Shown here: positions 36,364 through 51,300 of the stretch, in pieces
Numbering within the stretch: position 1 is the first letter of the stretch
Layout of the letters: every line of letters begins with the position of its first letter
Origin: Ranitomeya imitator
Lineage: Eukaryota
Assembly (NCBI RefSeq): GCF_032444005.1
Contig: NC_091288.1
Span: forward strand, 12,772,001 to 12,836,000
Direction of reading: 5' to 3'
Length of the DNA: 64,000 bases
Translations under genes and position numbers: made by a program
The notes under the pieces: model-generated
What the model was told of the DNA's origin: nothing
The model's input: the letters and a program-made list of their open reading frames with translations, nothing else
Database searches by the model: none

Positions 36364-39300
36364 GTAAAGGTTTATGGGGGGGGGGGCATCAGTCTGGAAT
36401 TAATTTGCAGTGTAGTTGGATGTAATCTATTGTTCCCTGTTATCAGCCATTTCCCAGTTGGGTAGAGGAGGTGATTATAAGGACACATTCATGTTTTGGG
36501 GTCACTATTTCTTTATGGATGATATGCATAAATTCCCTGCAGCCTCTATAAGGCTGGGTTCCCATTGCGTTATGGGACCGCGTTTAACGGACAGTGTTGC
36601 ACGGCGAAATTAACGCCGTGCAACGCATCCGTTAACGCGCCCATTGAAGGCAATGGGAACGCGCTTCACTAGCGCGTGCCATGTTCGGCACGCGCTAGCG
36701 ACGCGCCGGTGATTCCTGGCGCGCCGCGGACGCTGCTTGCAGCGTCCGAGGCGCGCCCGCGGTCCGTTCTCCGCTCTCGCAGATCGGGGATCTGCGAGAG
36801 CGGGGACGTTACCGCGACCCCGACCGCAGCCCCATAGAAAACATTGCGTTAGCGCAATGCGCTAGCGCTAAACGGATTGCACTAACGCAATGTGACCCTA
36901 GCCTAAGGGACGACATCCCCACAAGACAGAGAAGCTGCGGACTTTGGGGTTGGGAAAGTCACAGTATAAAAAAGTAACAGTGAAGTGGAGGAACGGTGAA
37001 ATAATGGGAGCGGCGGCACGGACTGCGGTGAGGACTAGAAAGCTGCTGTAATTAAATTCTCATTGTGAACAATGCCCTAAATGTAACCTTAAGTCCACAA
37101 CTGGAAATGATAGAGAAAAGTCAAAGATGCTATAAGATGTTGACAGGATGAAACGGGTGAAGTGGTCAGAAATGATGTTGAGAGCCCGAACTTTTAAATT
37201 CCTATGTTGCATCTGTGTTCTCTAAGAAAGCAAATGTAATAACTGATCTTTGCTGTGCCATCAAAGAATAAAATAATCCACTCTATCCATAAACAGATGG
37301 TGAGGGAACACTGAGCTAATTTACATGAATGTACATATCCTGGTCCAGATGAATTACATCCTAGGGTACTGAAAGTGTTAGAAGAGGAAATTGCAGAACC
37401 ACTAGCCAGAATCTTTGAAAAATCCTGAAGGACAGGATAAGTCCCAGAAGATTGGAGAAGGGCAAATGGTGTCCCTATCTTCAATAAAGTAAATAAGATA
37501 GAACCCGAAAATTACAGGCCAGGGAGCCTTACTTCTATGCCAGGAAATATCTGTGAAAAAATTATTAAACATCATGTATGTCAGTACTTGGATAAGAATA
37601 CAGTAATTAATCAGTCAGCATGGGTTTGTAGCAAACAAGTCATGCCAGACTAATCTAATTTCCTTCTATGATGGAATCACTGACTGGGTGGAACAGGGAA
37701 ATGCGGTAGATATAGTATATATCCACTTAAGCAAAGCATTTGGTAAAATATTTCATAATATCCTTATTTTAAAAAAATGACCAAGTATGGGATTGACAAG
37801 GCCACGGTTAGATGGATTAAAACTGGCTTTGTGATCATACTCAGAGTGGTGATAAATGGTTGCACATCCAGTTGGAAGAGTGTTTCAAGAGTGGACTACA
37901 AGGCTCTGTCCTGGCCACAGTGTTGTTCATCATCTTTATTAATGATTTAGATGAAGGAATTGAGGGTAAACTGGTTACATTTGCTGATGACAAAGCTAGG
38001 AGGGATAACTAATACTAGAGAATACAGAAATGACTAAAAAAGATCTAAACAAACTGGAACTGTGGGCAACATCTAACTGGTTTTCAACAGGGAGAAATGC
38101 AAGAGTCTAGATCTGGGCAAGAAAAATGAAAAAAGTATATACAGAATAGGAGGAATAGAACTAAGCAACAGCATGTGTAAAGAAGACTTGGGTATATTAA
38201 TAGATCACAGACTGCACAGGAGTCAACAGTGTGATACAGCAGCAAAAAGGCAAACACAGTTCTAGGATGTATTAAGAGAAGCATAGAGTCCAGATCACGT
38301 GAAATAATTATCCTCCTTGGTCAAGCCTCATCTGGATACTGTGTCCTGTTCTGGGCTCCACATTCTAATAATAATTATAATCTTTATTTTTATAGAGCGC
38401 TAACATATTCCGCATTGCTTTATAGTTTGCACATATCATTGCTGTCCCCGATGGGGCTCACAATCTACATTCCCTATCAGTATGTCTTTGGAATGTGGGA
38501 GGAAACCGGATAACCCGAAAGAAACCTACGCAGGACTCCAGCGCTGAAAGGCTGCAGTGCTAACCACTGAGCCACTGAGCTGCCCTACATTCTAAAAAAA
38601 TACATTGAAAAACAGGAGAAAGTTAAGAGAAGAGCAACCAGGATGGTGAGCGGACTGCAAAGTATGTCCTACGGGGAACTGTTACAGCATTTGGGAATGT
38701 TTAGCTGCAAAAAAAATAAGAGGAGACTTAATAGCTGTCTTCAAATATCTGAAGGGCTGTCACAGTGTAGAGGGATCATCATTTGCACAAGGAAACACGA
38801 GAAACAATGGAATGAAACTGAATGGGAGGAGACACAGATTAGATATTAGACAAAACTTTTGGACAGTGAGGAAGATCACTGAGTGGAACAGGTGGCCATG
38901 AGAGGTGGTGAGTTCTCCTTCAATGTAAGTCTTCAGAGGCTGGACAGACATCTGTCTGAGATGGTTTAGTGAGTCCTGCATTGAGCCGGGGGTTGGACAC
39001 GAGGACCCCGGAGGTCCCTTCCAACTCTAACATTCTAGGATTCTAATCATTTGTCCACTAAACACATCAGTACAATTCTGGAGAGAAACAAGACGATTTC
39101 TCTTCTTTGACAACAATCAGAGATCTTGTAACTCACGATCAATATGGGAACTTTTCATTCTACAATGATTACGCTTTATTGAGATGCAGCCAGAATCCTC
39201 CGATGTTTTCTCAGGGTCTGGAGCACGTCCATGTTTTGTGATCCCATGTGGCACACAAACCGCAGGACTCCTGTGATCCTGGGCAGGAGACGCTCACAGA

Positions 39301-42300
39301 ATGGTGGGAAAATGATTGTTGGCATCAGAGGAATAATGGTCGGATCTTATTTCATTACTGGGTGATTGTGATTAATGCCCTCAGTAAACACAGACTGCAT
39401 AATCCGCAGGGCCGGACCCTCCCCGCTGCCATTGTGCTGCCAACCTCCTGTACAGGGCGATTACACACCTGTGTGCTCAGTCCGCGATGTTTGCGGTTTG
39501 TGGTCGTGTATAATCTCATGGTACAGATACTGGAGTGGGCACAGTGCCAGGAGGTATATATACACAAAAGATGGAGGGCACCATGGATCAAAGTCAAATA
39601 TAGAGTCGGGATCGATCCCACAGCGTGCAAAAAAATCATTAAATCTGCACAGAGAAAAAGAACATGCTGATAAGGAGATCACCGGAATTGTAAACAACGA
39701 AAACTTTATTAGAGTGTGCACACAGACCAACATTGCTATAAAAACACATAAACAATTCTCAGATTGACACAGCCCCCCCCCACAAAAAGGACAAAAATGA
39801 AGGCTCGTCCCAACAATATGTACAAAACTAGTATGTGTGACCCAAATAGCTGTCAAAAACAAACACAATTGCTGATACTGGCACCTGGTAGGGCAAATTG
39901 ATGCTCAATCCACTGTATCACCGGGCGAGTGGGTGGATATGTCGGAAAATACGTAAAATTCACCAAAAATACCCAAAGAAAGTAAATATCATTTGGAAGG
40001 TTCAGCTATGACATACCTAAGCTTTAATAATAATAATAATGATGATAGTTAAAGTGCATAATCCAGCTAAGGCGTGCGATATAGTATGATCTGCAAAGGA
40101 CAGGAGCCATTCATGCACATATTATACAGATGCTAATCATTGAACACGACCAACCCAGGCACAGATACAGAGGGAAACAATATATATACATTACGGTACA
40201 GGAAAATGTGAGCAGTCATATTGGAAGTCACAAGAGCCAGGATGAGGTCCAAAACAAGGGGAGGGCCGTAGCCCAACGCGCATCGCCACTTATGGTGGCT
40301 TCGTCAGGGGCAGAGAGGGCCACGAAGGCCACGGAACAATTGGCTAGAGAGAGACTTAACAAAACTTTTGGACCCCAGTGCATGCTACCAGCAGAACCCC
40401 CCCCAACTATGCTGATTTAGCTACAATTATGGTGATTTCTATTTTGCAGAAGGGACTGGATGCATCATGTGCAATAAAAAAAGGCTGTCGTTCTCGGCAG
40501 CACATTGTCCTGTGTAAACCAAGAACGATGGCAGCCAATGTGCAGCGGGTGATGTATCACAGATCATTCAATGCACATCGTGAAGTGCAATCTGCCTGTG
40601 CAAATGGGCTGCAACATTGCAAAATGGCCGTTCTGCAGCGCCCATGTGAGACTCCTCGCGATGAAGGATGGACATACTATGGGAGCAACCAGTGATAGAT
40701 GGCCCAGTGTGCACAGGCTGCCATTGTTCTCGCTTTACAGAGAACCATGTGCTGCCGAGAACGACAACCTTTTGTGCTTCTCAAAAGATCATTTACACCC
40801 AATAAACGAGAGTTTCACTTTTTCGTTGGGTGATCGGCTGCCTACCGACGGGGCAAGATGTTCTCGAAATCGATGTTGTTAGGAACGATGCACATGCTGT
40901 AGAAATGGACCTTAGCTCTGGTCGATCACTCAGGGCAGATTCATTGTTGCATTTGCACCTTTTATTGTTTAGTTTTTGGTGTTTTTTTGGTGTTTTTTTT
41001 GCCTTTTACATTTGTGCCTAATTCTTCTTTTAAAGGGAACCTGTCACCCCGTTTTTTCAAGATGAGCTACAAATAGCGTTAAATAGGGGCAGAGCTGTGC
41101 TTTACATTAGTGTATTTTGGAGCCTTTATTCCCCACCTATGCTGCTGAAATACCTTTGTAAAGTCGCCGTTTTGGGCTGTCACTCCCGCTGCTCAGGTCA
41201 TATGGGCGTGGTGACAGCGCGGTTTCTCCCCCAGATCTCCGTTGGTGGCGTAGTGGTGTGCGCATGTCCAACTGGCTAATCCACTGCGCAGCTTGAAGGA
41301 AAATAGCGCGATCTGCGCTATTCAGCCGTTTATCGGTGGGCGCGGCCATCTTTGTGAGGCCGCGCGTGCGCAGATGGTTCTTCTCGGCTTCCCGGGGCTT
41401 CAGGAAAATGGCCGCGGGATGCCGTGCGTGTGCAGATGGCGATCGCGGCGGCCATTTTCCTGCAGCCGAGATGCGAACTTGGCTTCAGGAAAATGGCCGC
41501 CGAGATCTCCATGTGCGCATGCACGGCATCCCGTGGCCATTTTCCTGAAGCCCCGGGAAGCCGAGAAGAACCATCTGTGCACGCGCGGCCTCACAAAGAT
41601 GGCGGCGCCCACCGATAAACGGCTGAATAGCGCAGATCGCGCTCTTTTCCTTCAAGCTGCGCAGTGGATTAGCCACTTGGACATGCGCACACCACTACGC
41701 CACCAACGGAGATCTGGGGGAGAAACCGCGCTGTCACCACGCCCATATGACCTGAGCAGCGTGAGTGACAGCCCAAAACGGCGACTTTACAAAGGTATTT
41801 CAGCAGCATAGGTGGGGAATAAAGGCTCCAAAATACACTAATGTAAAGCACAGCTCTGCCCCTATTTGACTCTATTTGTAGCTCATCTTGAAAAAACGGG
41901 GTGACAGGTTCCCTTTAATTTGCACCTTTTTTAAAGTCTATTTTATTTCTATTCTCCTGTTTATTTTTTAGGTCAGAAATGTGTCAGTTGATTTATTTTT
42001 GTTTTCAAATTCAAAATGTTATTGTTTTTCATATAAGAAAAAAAAAAATCACAATCAGGTAATGCGCCACAGTCCGGAGAATGAGCATGCACAGTCCGAT
42101 TAAGTCATTTAGCATAGACAATCATTCTAATATATAAATGGGGCACAGTCACACATCCCCGTCACTTGGCATTACTTTTGGAAATTAGAAATATTGATGG
42201 AAAGATATAGAAGGAGAGGGGATATGAAGAGGAGGGTCATTGGGGAGACCAAGGAGACCAGGACAACCTGTTAGATCCACAAAAACTCTACTCCCTACTT

Positions 42301-45300
42301 ATCTAAAGGGAAAGATCAGTCAGATCAATTGTCAGAAATATTATATTTTAGCTCGAACACAAGGATTTCCCCAAAATCAGTCTACCCTATTCCTGTACAT
42401 TGGGGATGAGAGGACGGTTTCCCAATGGAGGCGGCTGCAGCGTTTCTTCCCGTGTTTGGGCGGTCAGGGATTCCATGCGGTGAGAAGTGGCCATTTCTAC
42501 AAACCTCTCTTCCGTAGAAGGGGGCTCTATTTTCTTCCAGTCACGTGGGATCACTGTCAGCTTGTAGTTGATGTCATAACAGTGATTTTTTTAGAAACTT
42601 TTTTTGGATAGGGGAAACCTGAAAAGCCACATTTGTCATCTCCCGATGACCTCCTCCCAGAAGACCTTCAGGACTGGGCAAGACCACCATATGTGGGACA
42701 TTGTCCCCTCATGAGCCTCACAACGCCAGCATAAGTCAGAGACCTCAGGATACCATCTATGTGGGCAGAAGGGACCCCCGTACCCCCCAGAGACTATTCT
42801 GTAGCCATGATAGATTTGTGAGAAAGGTGAAAGCATTTGTCCCATTGTTCCCTCGTAAATGTTTGCTGAAGTTCAGTTTCCCGTGCTCTGCAGAAAGGTG
42901 GAGTGTTCCCACGTCAGTAATTTATAAAGAACCGAAATGGCTCGTGCGGGTCCAGATGGGGCTACATGAATTTCTTCAGAAGGGTACAGTGTCCGTGTGA
43001 AATCCGCATGTTTGTCAGTGGATGTACAAGTGTCGAAGTTGCGTGCATTCAAAGACATATGGCGCCTCAAGAGCCCGACCCTCTAAATAAGAACCCCTCA
43101 AATGAGGACAAGTCAATCACAAGTTTCAGATTTGCATAATAAAAAATCTGCAGGGTCTCAAATTTCATTTCGGGTCACATGAACCCGAACAGAACAGCAG
43201 GGTTGGAAAAAAAAAAAAAAAAAAAAAAAAAAAGCAAAAAACAGGCCAAAAACAAAAATAAAGAGCTTTTCTAACTTTGCGCAAAAATTGTAACCCACAT
43301 GCAACATTTTTAGGAATTTGGAAAAAACATGAACTGAAAAATAGAAAAATGCTGAAGTGAATTGGGTCCTTAATTCACTCTCACAGCACCATCTAGTGGA
43401 CATGCATAGTAACTACACTGAGGCAATTCTGTTGGAAATTGAATATTGTTAAAATATTACCAGATTAGCAAAACTCTGTCACCTTGTGCCAAACATTGAC
43501 TCTAATGACTGCCCAGATTTAAGCCTGAATGATATAATGAAATATGTATCTAATTTTTTTTTAAAGTTTTATCTCAAATTGTGTACGATTTATTAGTTAA
43601 TTGTGACTGTCGACATATTGAATTTGTAATTTTGCTGCAGCTGTTTATAAGATGTGAATAATCCTGCGTTAGTTGTATTGTAATATTACACTGTTCTGTT
43701 ACTTTATTGTTCTACATTGACAGTTGCAGTGAGCTCAGAATTTTCACACAACCCCATTGTTTCTATACATGAGGGCAGGTATCCTAATCATTACTAACAT
43801 TCCTACATGCTCAGAAGTTTTTCTATGCAACTTTTTCCTCCAAGGGAAGCGTTTTAGTTTTGCAGTTATAATAATTTGGAATTTTACAATGATCACTGTG
43901 CAACCAAGTTATACTAAGGAGCCCAAGAAAATAAATAAAATGATAAAGGCACAAAGCTCCGATGTTTTTAGAAATCTTGTTTTTCTATTTCTGTTGTTTC
44001 TTTTGTTATTTTGTTGTTATATTAAAGAGAACCTGTCACCCCCAAAATGGAAGGTGAGGTAAGCCCACCAGGATCAGGGGCTTATCTCCAGCATTCTGTA
44101 ATGCATTCTGTAATGCTATAGATAAGCCCCCGATGTATCCTGAAAGATGAGAAAAAGAGGTTAGATTATACTCACAGGAGCAGTCCCGGTTCTGTTCTGG
44201 TCCGATGGGTGTCGCGGTCCGGGGCCTCCCATCTTCTTACGATGACATCCTCTTCTTGTCTTCACGCCGCGGCTTCGGCTCCGGCGTACTTTATCTCCCT
44301 GTTGAGGGCAGAGCAAAGTGCTGCAGTGCGCAGGCGCTGGGCCTCTCTGACCCTTCCCGGCACCTGCGCACTGCAGTACTTTGCCCTCAACAGGGAGATA
44401 AAGTACGGCTGGGCCGAAGCCGCGGTGTGAAAACAAGAAGAGGATGTCATCGTAAGAAGATGGGAGGCCCCGGACCGCGACGCCCATCGTACCAGGACCG
44501 CCTGTGTGTGAGTATAATATAACCTCTTTTTCTCATCTTTCAGGATACATCGGGGGCTTATCTACAGCATTACAGAATGCATTACAGAATGCTGGAGATA
44601 AGCCCATGATCCTGGTGGGCTTAGCTCACCTTCCATTTTGGGGGTAACAGGTTCCCTTTAAATTGTAAAATATCCAGGACGATTCTCCGGCGCCTTCTGG
44701 TGGACGTCTCCCACAATAATAAGTGATTGAACTGAAGAAAATGTCCTCTAAAGAAATGGGAAAAGTACAAATAACATAAGCTCTCAATTCTGCAGAACTA
44801 CAAGTACCAGCAATAACCTCAGACCTTCACCCTGCAAAAGCTCTGTCTTCTGCTGATCTATAAGTACCAGCAATAATTGTAGCATTTACCCCTGCAAAAT
44901 TCTGCACTACAAGTACCAGCAATAATTGCAGATTTTCCCCTGGAAAACCTGATCTGCTGAACTATAAGTACAAGCAATAATTGCAAGCATTCCCCTTGCA
45001 AAAGCCTGAACTACAAGTACCAGCAGTAATTGCAGACCTTCCTCCTGCAAAAGCGCTGTTTTCTGCTGAACTACAAATACCAGCAGGAACTGCAGACTTT
45101 TCCCCTGCAAACACTTTATCTTTTGCGCTGAACTACAAGTACCAGCAATAAATGCAGCCCTCCCTCCCTCCCTGCAATGTCTCTACTATAAGGTCTGTTT
45201 CCATCTTTACAGTCATTTCATTGCTCAAATGCATTAAAGTACACAGTGAAGCAATCTTGCTTCTCCCGTTTTGTGTATACAGCTCCCATGCAGAGTTAGG

Positions 45301-48300
45301 TGTCTCCATGGTAGCAGATGAATCCAATCACCAGGGTAACCTGTTAGATATGATAATCAGTGTTCATTATGTGATTGTTATCTGACAGGTCCGGGACCTG
45401 GAGAGACAGAACAAGATCCTGAAGACCCAACTGCGACTCCTGAAGGAGAAGGACACGTACAAGTCCAACATCGATCAGATCACGCTGGCCTCCGGCAATC
45501 ACCTGAAGCAGCAGATCGATGGCCTCCTGCATGAGAAGGACAAGCTGCAGGCCGAGCTGCAGAACATGCAAGCGGTGGTGGAGGAGCTGAAGAGCCGGTA
45601 TGCCCTGTGACCCAGCGCCAAATAACTGCCCCCAGGCTCGGACTGGCCCACCGGAGAACCGGAGGATTCTCTGGTGGGCCCAGGCACTGACACCTGCTGG
45701 CATACTGGCCAGCAGCTGCCTAGGGCCCCCACTGCTCCAGTCTGCCCCTATAATTCTGCCATAGGGTGCACGAATAATGGCGACACACAACAGTGCAATG
45801 ATGACTGCTGTACTGCTCAAATAATAAATTATAACTATAAAACATGATCTATCAGAAGTAAATAGTATCAGGCATGGCCCATGTCACATGGCCATACATT
45901 GTGTATATATAGTAATAGTGCCTTACACAATAATACTGCTATGTAGCCATCAAATAATAATGCTACAATACATAGCTAAATATATAACTAAAAAATACCA
46001 CCATACAGTGTCTATAGTAATGCCATGTGGTGCATGTAGAATAGTGCCACACACAGCACTCGCGGGCAGGGTCCTCGCCTCCTGGACCAGTTATGACTTG
46101 TATTGTTTAGGATTATTGTACTTGTTTTTATTATGTATACCCCTCCTCACATGTAAAGCGCCATGGAATCAATGGTGCTATAATAATAAATAATAATAAT
46201 GCACAGTGCCATGATAATACTGATAAATAGCGCTCAAATAATAACGCTATAATAACTATAAAATTATACAGTACGACTAAAGAATACCACCGTACAGGGC
46301 CATGCATTGCCCATGTAATACGGCCATTTATCAGGTACAGAATAGTGCTACACACAGTGCCATGATAATATGGCTAGGTTGTGCTCAAGTAATAACTAAA
46401 TCATTAAATAATGCCCGAAAATAAGTATCAAATATTACCTATATAATACTGCAATATAGTGCTAACATAGTAGTGCCTTACTACAGAATCCAAATATTAC
46501 TGCTATATAGTGCTGAAATAGTAACACTATAATGACATTAATATAATGTTATGTATAACTAGATAACATCTCCATATAGTGCAAATATAATATTGCCATA
46601 CAGTGTCATGATAATACTGCTGTAATAAATAACACCCAACCATGGTGGAGGCCCCGGAGTCATTGGTTCATATATCCAGGTCCTCATTATAGCGCCTATA
46701 AACAAAGAGAACAAATATTGTTCAAAAGCATCAGAAAAGATCCGACAAATAGAATTTGTACTTTTAAACATTGGACAGTGTATTATAACTATAACCGCCC
46801 CCCCTCCCCACCTCTCCTCCCCCCTCCGGCATACATCTGCACCCACTTCACTTTCTGTTTTTTTTTCTGCAGATACGAGGATGAAATCAACAAGCGCAAT
46901 CAATTAGAAAATGACTTTGTGCTGACGAAGAAGGTGCGCACTTATTACTTTGCTATTTGATAAAGCTTAATTGGAGGTGGGGGCGCTATAGCATTGATAT
47001 CTATGGCAAATATTGGCCACAGCAATGGTGAAAAGTGGTACTGCAGGTGACACAGGGGAAAAAAATGTATCAAAATTGTAATAAGCTTGAAACCAAAATA
47101 TTTTCCCAAAATGGTGAACATGAAATCATTAGCGGTGACTCTGCTTCTCTGCATAAGTGAATTGTACTTAATATTTATGGACTGATCCAAATTTAAATAT
47201 AAAGTCTCGGACCTCCCCAACATTAGATCACAAGCCTTGTGCTTCACCCCTGAAATAAGGACTCAGGTTAAAGGTACCGACACTTAACTTTAGGGTCTTC
47301 CCATAAAACATTGAGCTGTTTTAACCCCTCAGGACCTGGACGACACCTATCTGCATAAAGTGGACAATGAATCCAAGTTGGAAAGTCTGACCGATGAGAT
47401 TGAGGTTCTGAAGCAGCTGTATAAGGAGGTAATGAACTGACTGTGGGGTCCACAGCTGAGGGTTTGTTACAGTTGATCCAGTCTAAACCATACTCTGGGA
47501 GCTAAACACATCCGCAGCACAACTCTCTCTCTCTCCGTTCTGATGGTTTGTTACAATGTATCAGTGCAGGAAATATGTCCAGGCTTTTTATGTAAATGCA
47601 GGAGATTCAGGAGCTGCAGTCTCAGGTCCACAGCGACAAAGTGACGGTGGAGCTGGACAACAGCCGGGATCTGGAGATGAAGCACATCATGGACGAGGTG
47701 CGGGCGCAGTACCAGAGCATGGCGGAGAAGAGCCGGCAGGAGGCCGAGCACTGGTACAAGAGCAAGGTGCGAGCGTCGACTGGGGGGTCCCGGGGGTCTG
47801 TGTGCACTATAGTGGCAGGATTACTATGGGCCCCGAGTATACAGGACCCCCTGTTATACGGTGGCCCCCCGAGTATACAGGACCCCCTGTTATACGGTGG
47901 CCCCCCGAGTATACAGGACCCCCTGTTATACGGTGGCTCCTCAAGTATACAGGACCCCCTGTTATACGGTGGCCCCCTGAGTATACAGGACCCCCTGTTA
48001 TGTGGTGGCTCCCCGAGTATACAGGACCCCCTGTTATGTGGTGGCTCCCCGAGTATACAGGACCCCCTGTTATACGGTGGCCCCCCGAGTATACAGGACC
48101 CCCTGTTATACGGTGGCCCCCCGAGTATACAGGACCCCCTGTTATACGGTGGCCCCCCGAGTATACAGGACCCCCTGTTATATGGTGGCTCCCCGAGTAT
48201 ACAGGACCCCGTTATACAGTGGCCCCCCGAGTATACAGGACCCCCTGTTATACGGTGGTCCCCCCTAGTATACAGGACCCCCTGTTATATGGTGGCTCCC

Positions 48301-51300
48301 CGAGTATACAGGACCCCCTGTTATACGGTGGCCCCCCGAGTATACAGGACCCCCTGTAATACGGTGGCCCCCAAGTATATAGGACCCCCTGTTATACGGT
48401 GGCCCCCAAGTATATAGGACCCCCTGTTATACGGTGGCTCCCCGAGTATACAGGACCCCTTGTTATATGGTGGCTCCCCGAGTATACAGGACCCCCTGTT
48501 ATGTGGTGGCTCCCCGAGTATACAGGACCCCCTGTTATGTGGTGGTTCCCCGAGTATACAGGACCCCTTGTTATACGGTGGTCCCTGAGTATACAGGACC
48601 CCCTGTTATATGGTGGCCTCCCAAGTATACAGGACCCCTGTAATACGGTGGCCCCCAAGTATATAGGACCCCCTGTTATCTGTCAGCTCATGTTCTCATG
48701 ACTCCGTCCACAGATTGATGATTTGGTGAATCAGGGTAAGCGGGCGAGTGATGAGCTGAAGACTCTGAAGAACGAGATGGCGGATCTCCACCGGATGATA
48801 CAACGTGTCAACAGCGACAATGAGGCCCTAAAGAATCAGGTACGGGGGTCCGGAGTCTGCCCGATCTCTCAGATCCCCAAGGAGCCACCTCTTCTGTGCT
48901 GGACACAAGGTGGCACACAGACAGTGCCAGCGATGGTGCCCACAACACCAAACACATGGTGCCCCCACAACCGCCCCGACAATGGCCCAAAAAGGACGGT
49001 CTCCGCATGTGGTGGGTGCTCAGCCCCTTATATACAATCTAATATACGATAATAGCTGCTGTTAAAGGTGGCAGTGAACGTCTAGGTGGCACCTGGGGGT
49101 ACAGGGATCCGCCGTATCACTATGCCATTATAGAGCTCACCAGGGACCACCATTGCCTCCAGCTGTGTGTACAGCTGCCATACTGACACCAACAGCCGTG
49201 GAGCGGTGTAGATTGGTGAAGTCGCAGAATCTCCGAGTATCTGGACAGACAGACCTGGGCGTCCTCTCTACTGCCCCCTATAGGCGGTGGCTCACAATGC
49301 TCCATTGCTGTATATTGTCGTGCAGTGGACCCACAATCTGCCCAGTTCCATGGAGTCGTCCCTCCCATAGGTGACAAATATAGATAACTACACGGTATAA
49401 ATGAAGCCCCCGAGGGATGAAGCTTCTGCCCGAGGCTTCAGATCCATTTTTCAACCCATTTCCTTCATTTGTAGAGGACCAGTCTGGAGAACAACATCAC
49501 CCACACAGAGGAGAATGGGGAACAAGCGATCCAGAGCGCCAAGGGCCACGCGCAGGACCTGGAGGACGCCCTGAGGAGAGCGAAGCAGGATATGGCGCGC
49601 AAAGCGAAGGAATACCAGGACCTGATGAACACAAAGCTGGCGCTGGACATTGAGATCGCAACGTACCGGAAACTGCTGGAGGGCGAAGAGACCCGGTGAG
49701 TGCAAAGGATGCATTTATGGACATTGAGCTGAATTACATCCTGTGTTATACCCCAGAGCTGCACTCACTATTCTGCTGGTGCAGTCACTGTGTACATACA
49801 TTGCATTACTGATCCTGAGTTACATCATGTATTATACCCCAGAGCTGCACTCACTATTCTGCTGGTGCAATCACTTTATACATACATTACATTACTGATC
49901 CTGAGTTACATCCTGTATTATACCCCAGAGCTGCACTCACTATTCTGCTGGTGCAATCACTTTATACATACATTACATTACTGATCCTGAGTTACATCAT
50001 GTATTATACCCCAGAGCTGCACTCACTATTCTGCTGGTGCAGTCACTGTGTACATACATTACATTACTGATCCTGAGTTACATCCTGTATTATACCCCAG
50101 AGCTGCACTCACTATTCTGCTGGTGCAGTCACTGTGTACATACATTACATTACTGATCTTGAGTTACATCCTGTATTATACCCCAGAGCTGCACTCACTA
50201 TTCTGCTGGTGCAGTCACTGTGTACATACATTACATTACTGATCTTGAGTTACATCCTGTATTATACTCCAGAGCTGCACTCACTATTCTGCTGGTGCAG
50301 TCACTGTGTACATACATTACATTACTGATCCTGAGTTACATCCTGTATTATACTCCAGAGCTGCACCCACTATTCTGCTGGTGGAGTCACTGTGTACATA
50401 TATTACATTACTGATCCTGAGTTACATCCTGTATTATACTCCAGAGCTGCACTCACTATTCTGCTGGTGCAGTCACTGTGTACATACATTACATTACTGA
50501 TCCTGAGTTACATCCTGTATTATACTCCAGAGCTGCACCCACTATTCTGCTGGTGCAGTCACTGTGTACATACATTACATTACTGATCCTGAGTTACATC
50601 CTGTATTATACTCCAGAGCTGCACTCAGTATTCTGCTGGTTGTTAGTGGAATCAGTCTCCCTCCCATTAGTGCAGCTAAGCTCCTATCATGCGGGGGGCA
50701 CTTACTTTTCTTTGGTGTGACAATGTTGTTTCTATTTAGGTTGAACAATCATCCCTCGAATTCTCAGATCTCTGCAGTGGATAAATTGGGTGAGTGTTTT
50801 CTCAGTGTTTTTTCCTCGGTATTTCAGTGCTGGGATTATCTGTGGGTTTTATGATGGGTGAGGTCTGGCTGCTGATTGCAGACCCCAGTAACAAAAATAT
50901 GAGAGCTCTAAGTGGTTACTCTGGCACTCATGCATCTATTCCCATCATGTGCGATACTCTCTGCTCAGCTGTGTATCTAATCCTCTCCTGTGTGATACTG
51001 TCTGCTGAGCTGTGTATCTAATCCCCTTCTGTGTGATACCGTCTGCTGAGCCGTGTATCTAATCCTATCCTGTGTGATACTGTCTGCTGAGCCGTGTATC
51101 TAATCCTATCCTGTGTGATACTGTCTGCTGAGCCGTGTATCTAATCCTCTCCTGTGTGATACTGACTGCTGAGCTGTGTATCTAATCCTATACTGTGTGA
51201 TACTGTCTGCTGAGCCGTGTATCTAATCCTCTCCTGTGTGATACTGACTGCTGAGCCGTGTATCTAATCCTATCCTGTGTGATACTGACTGCTGAGCCGT

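Noticed and set aside
41097-41851. Paired identical ORFs on both strands (also 11271-11700, 44161-44522)
   Set aside because: Mirror images produced by palindromic MITEs; no transposase motifs.
47556-50854. 267/273-aa ORFs and repeated 64-aa ORFs
   Set aside because: Read-through from keratin exon 5 into the 36-bp array, and translations of the 86-bp array; both lie in introns with good splice sites.
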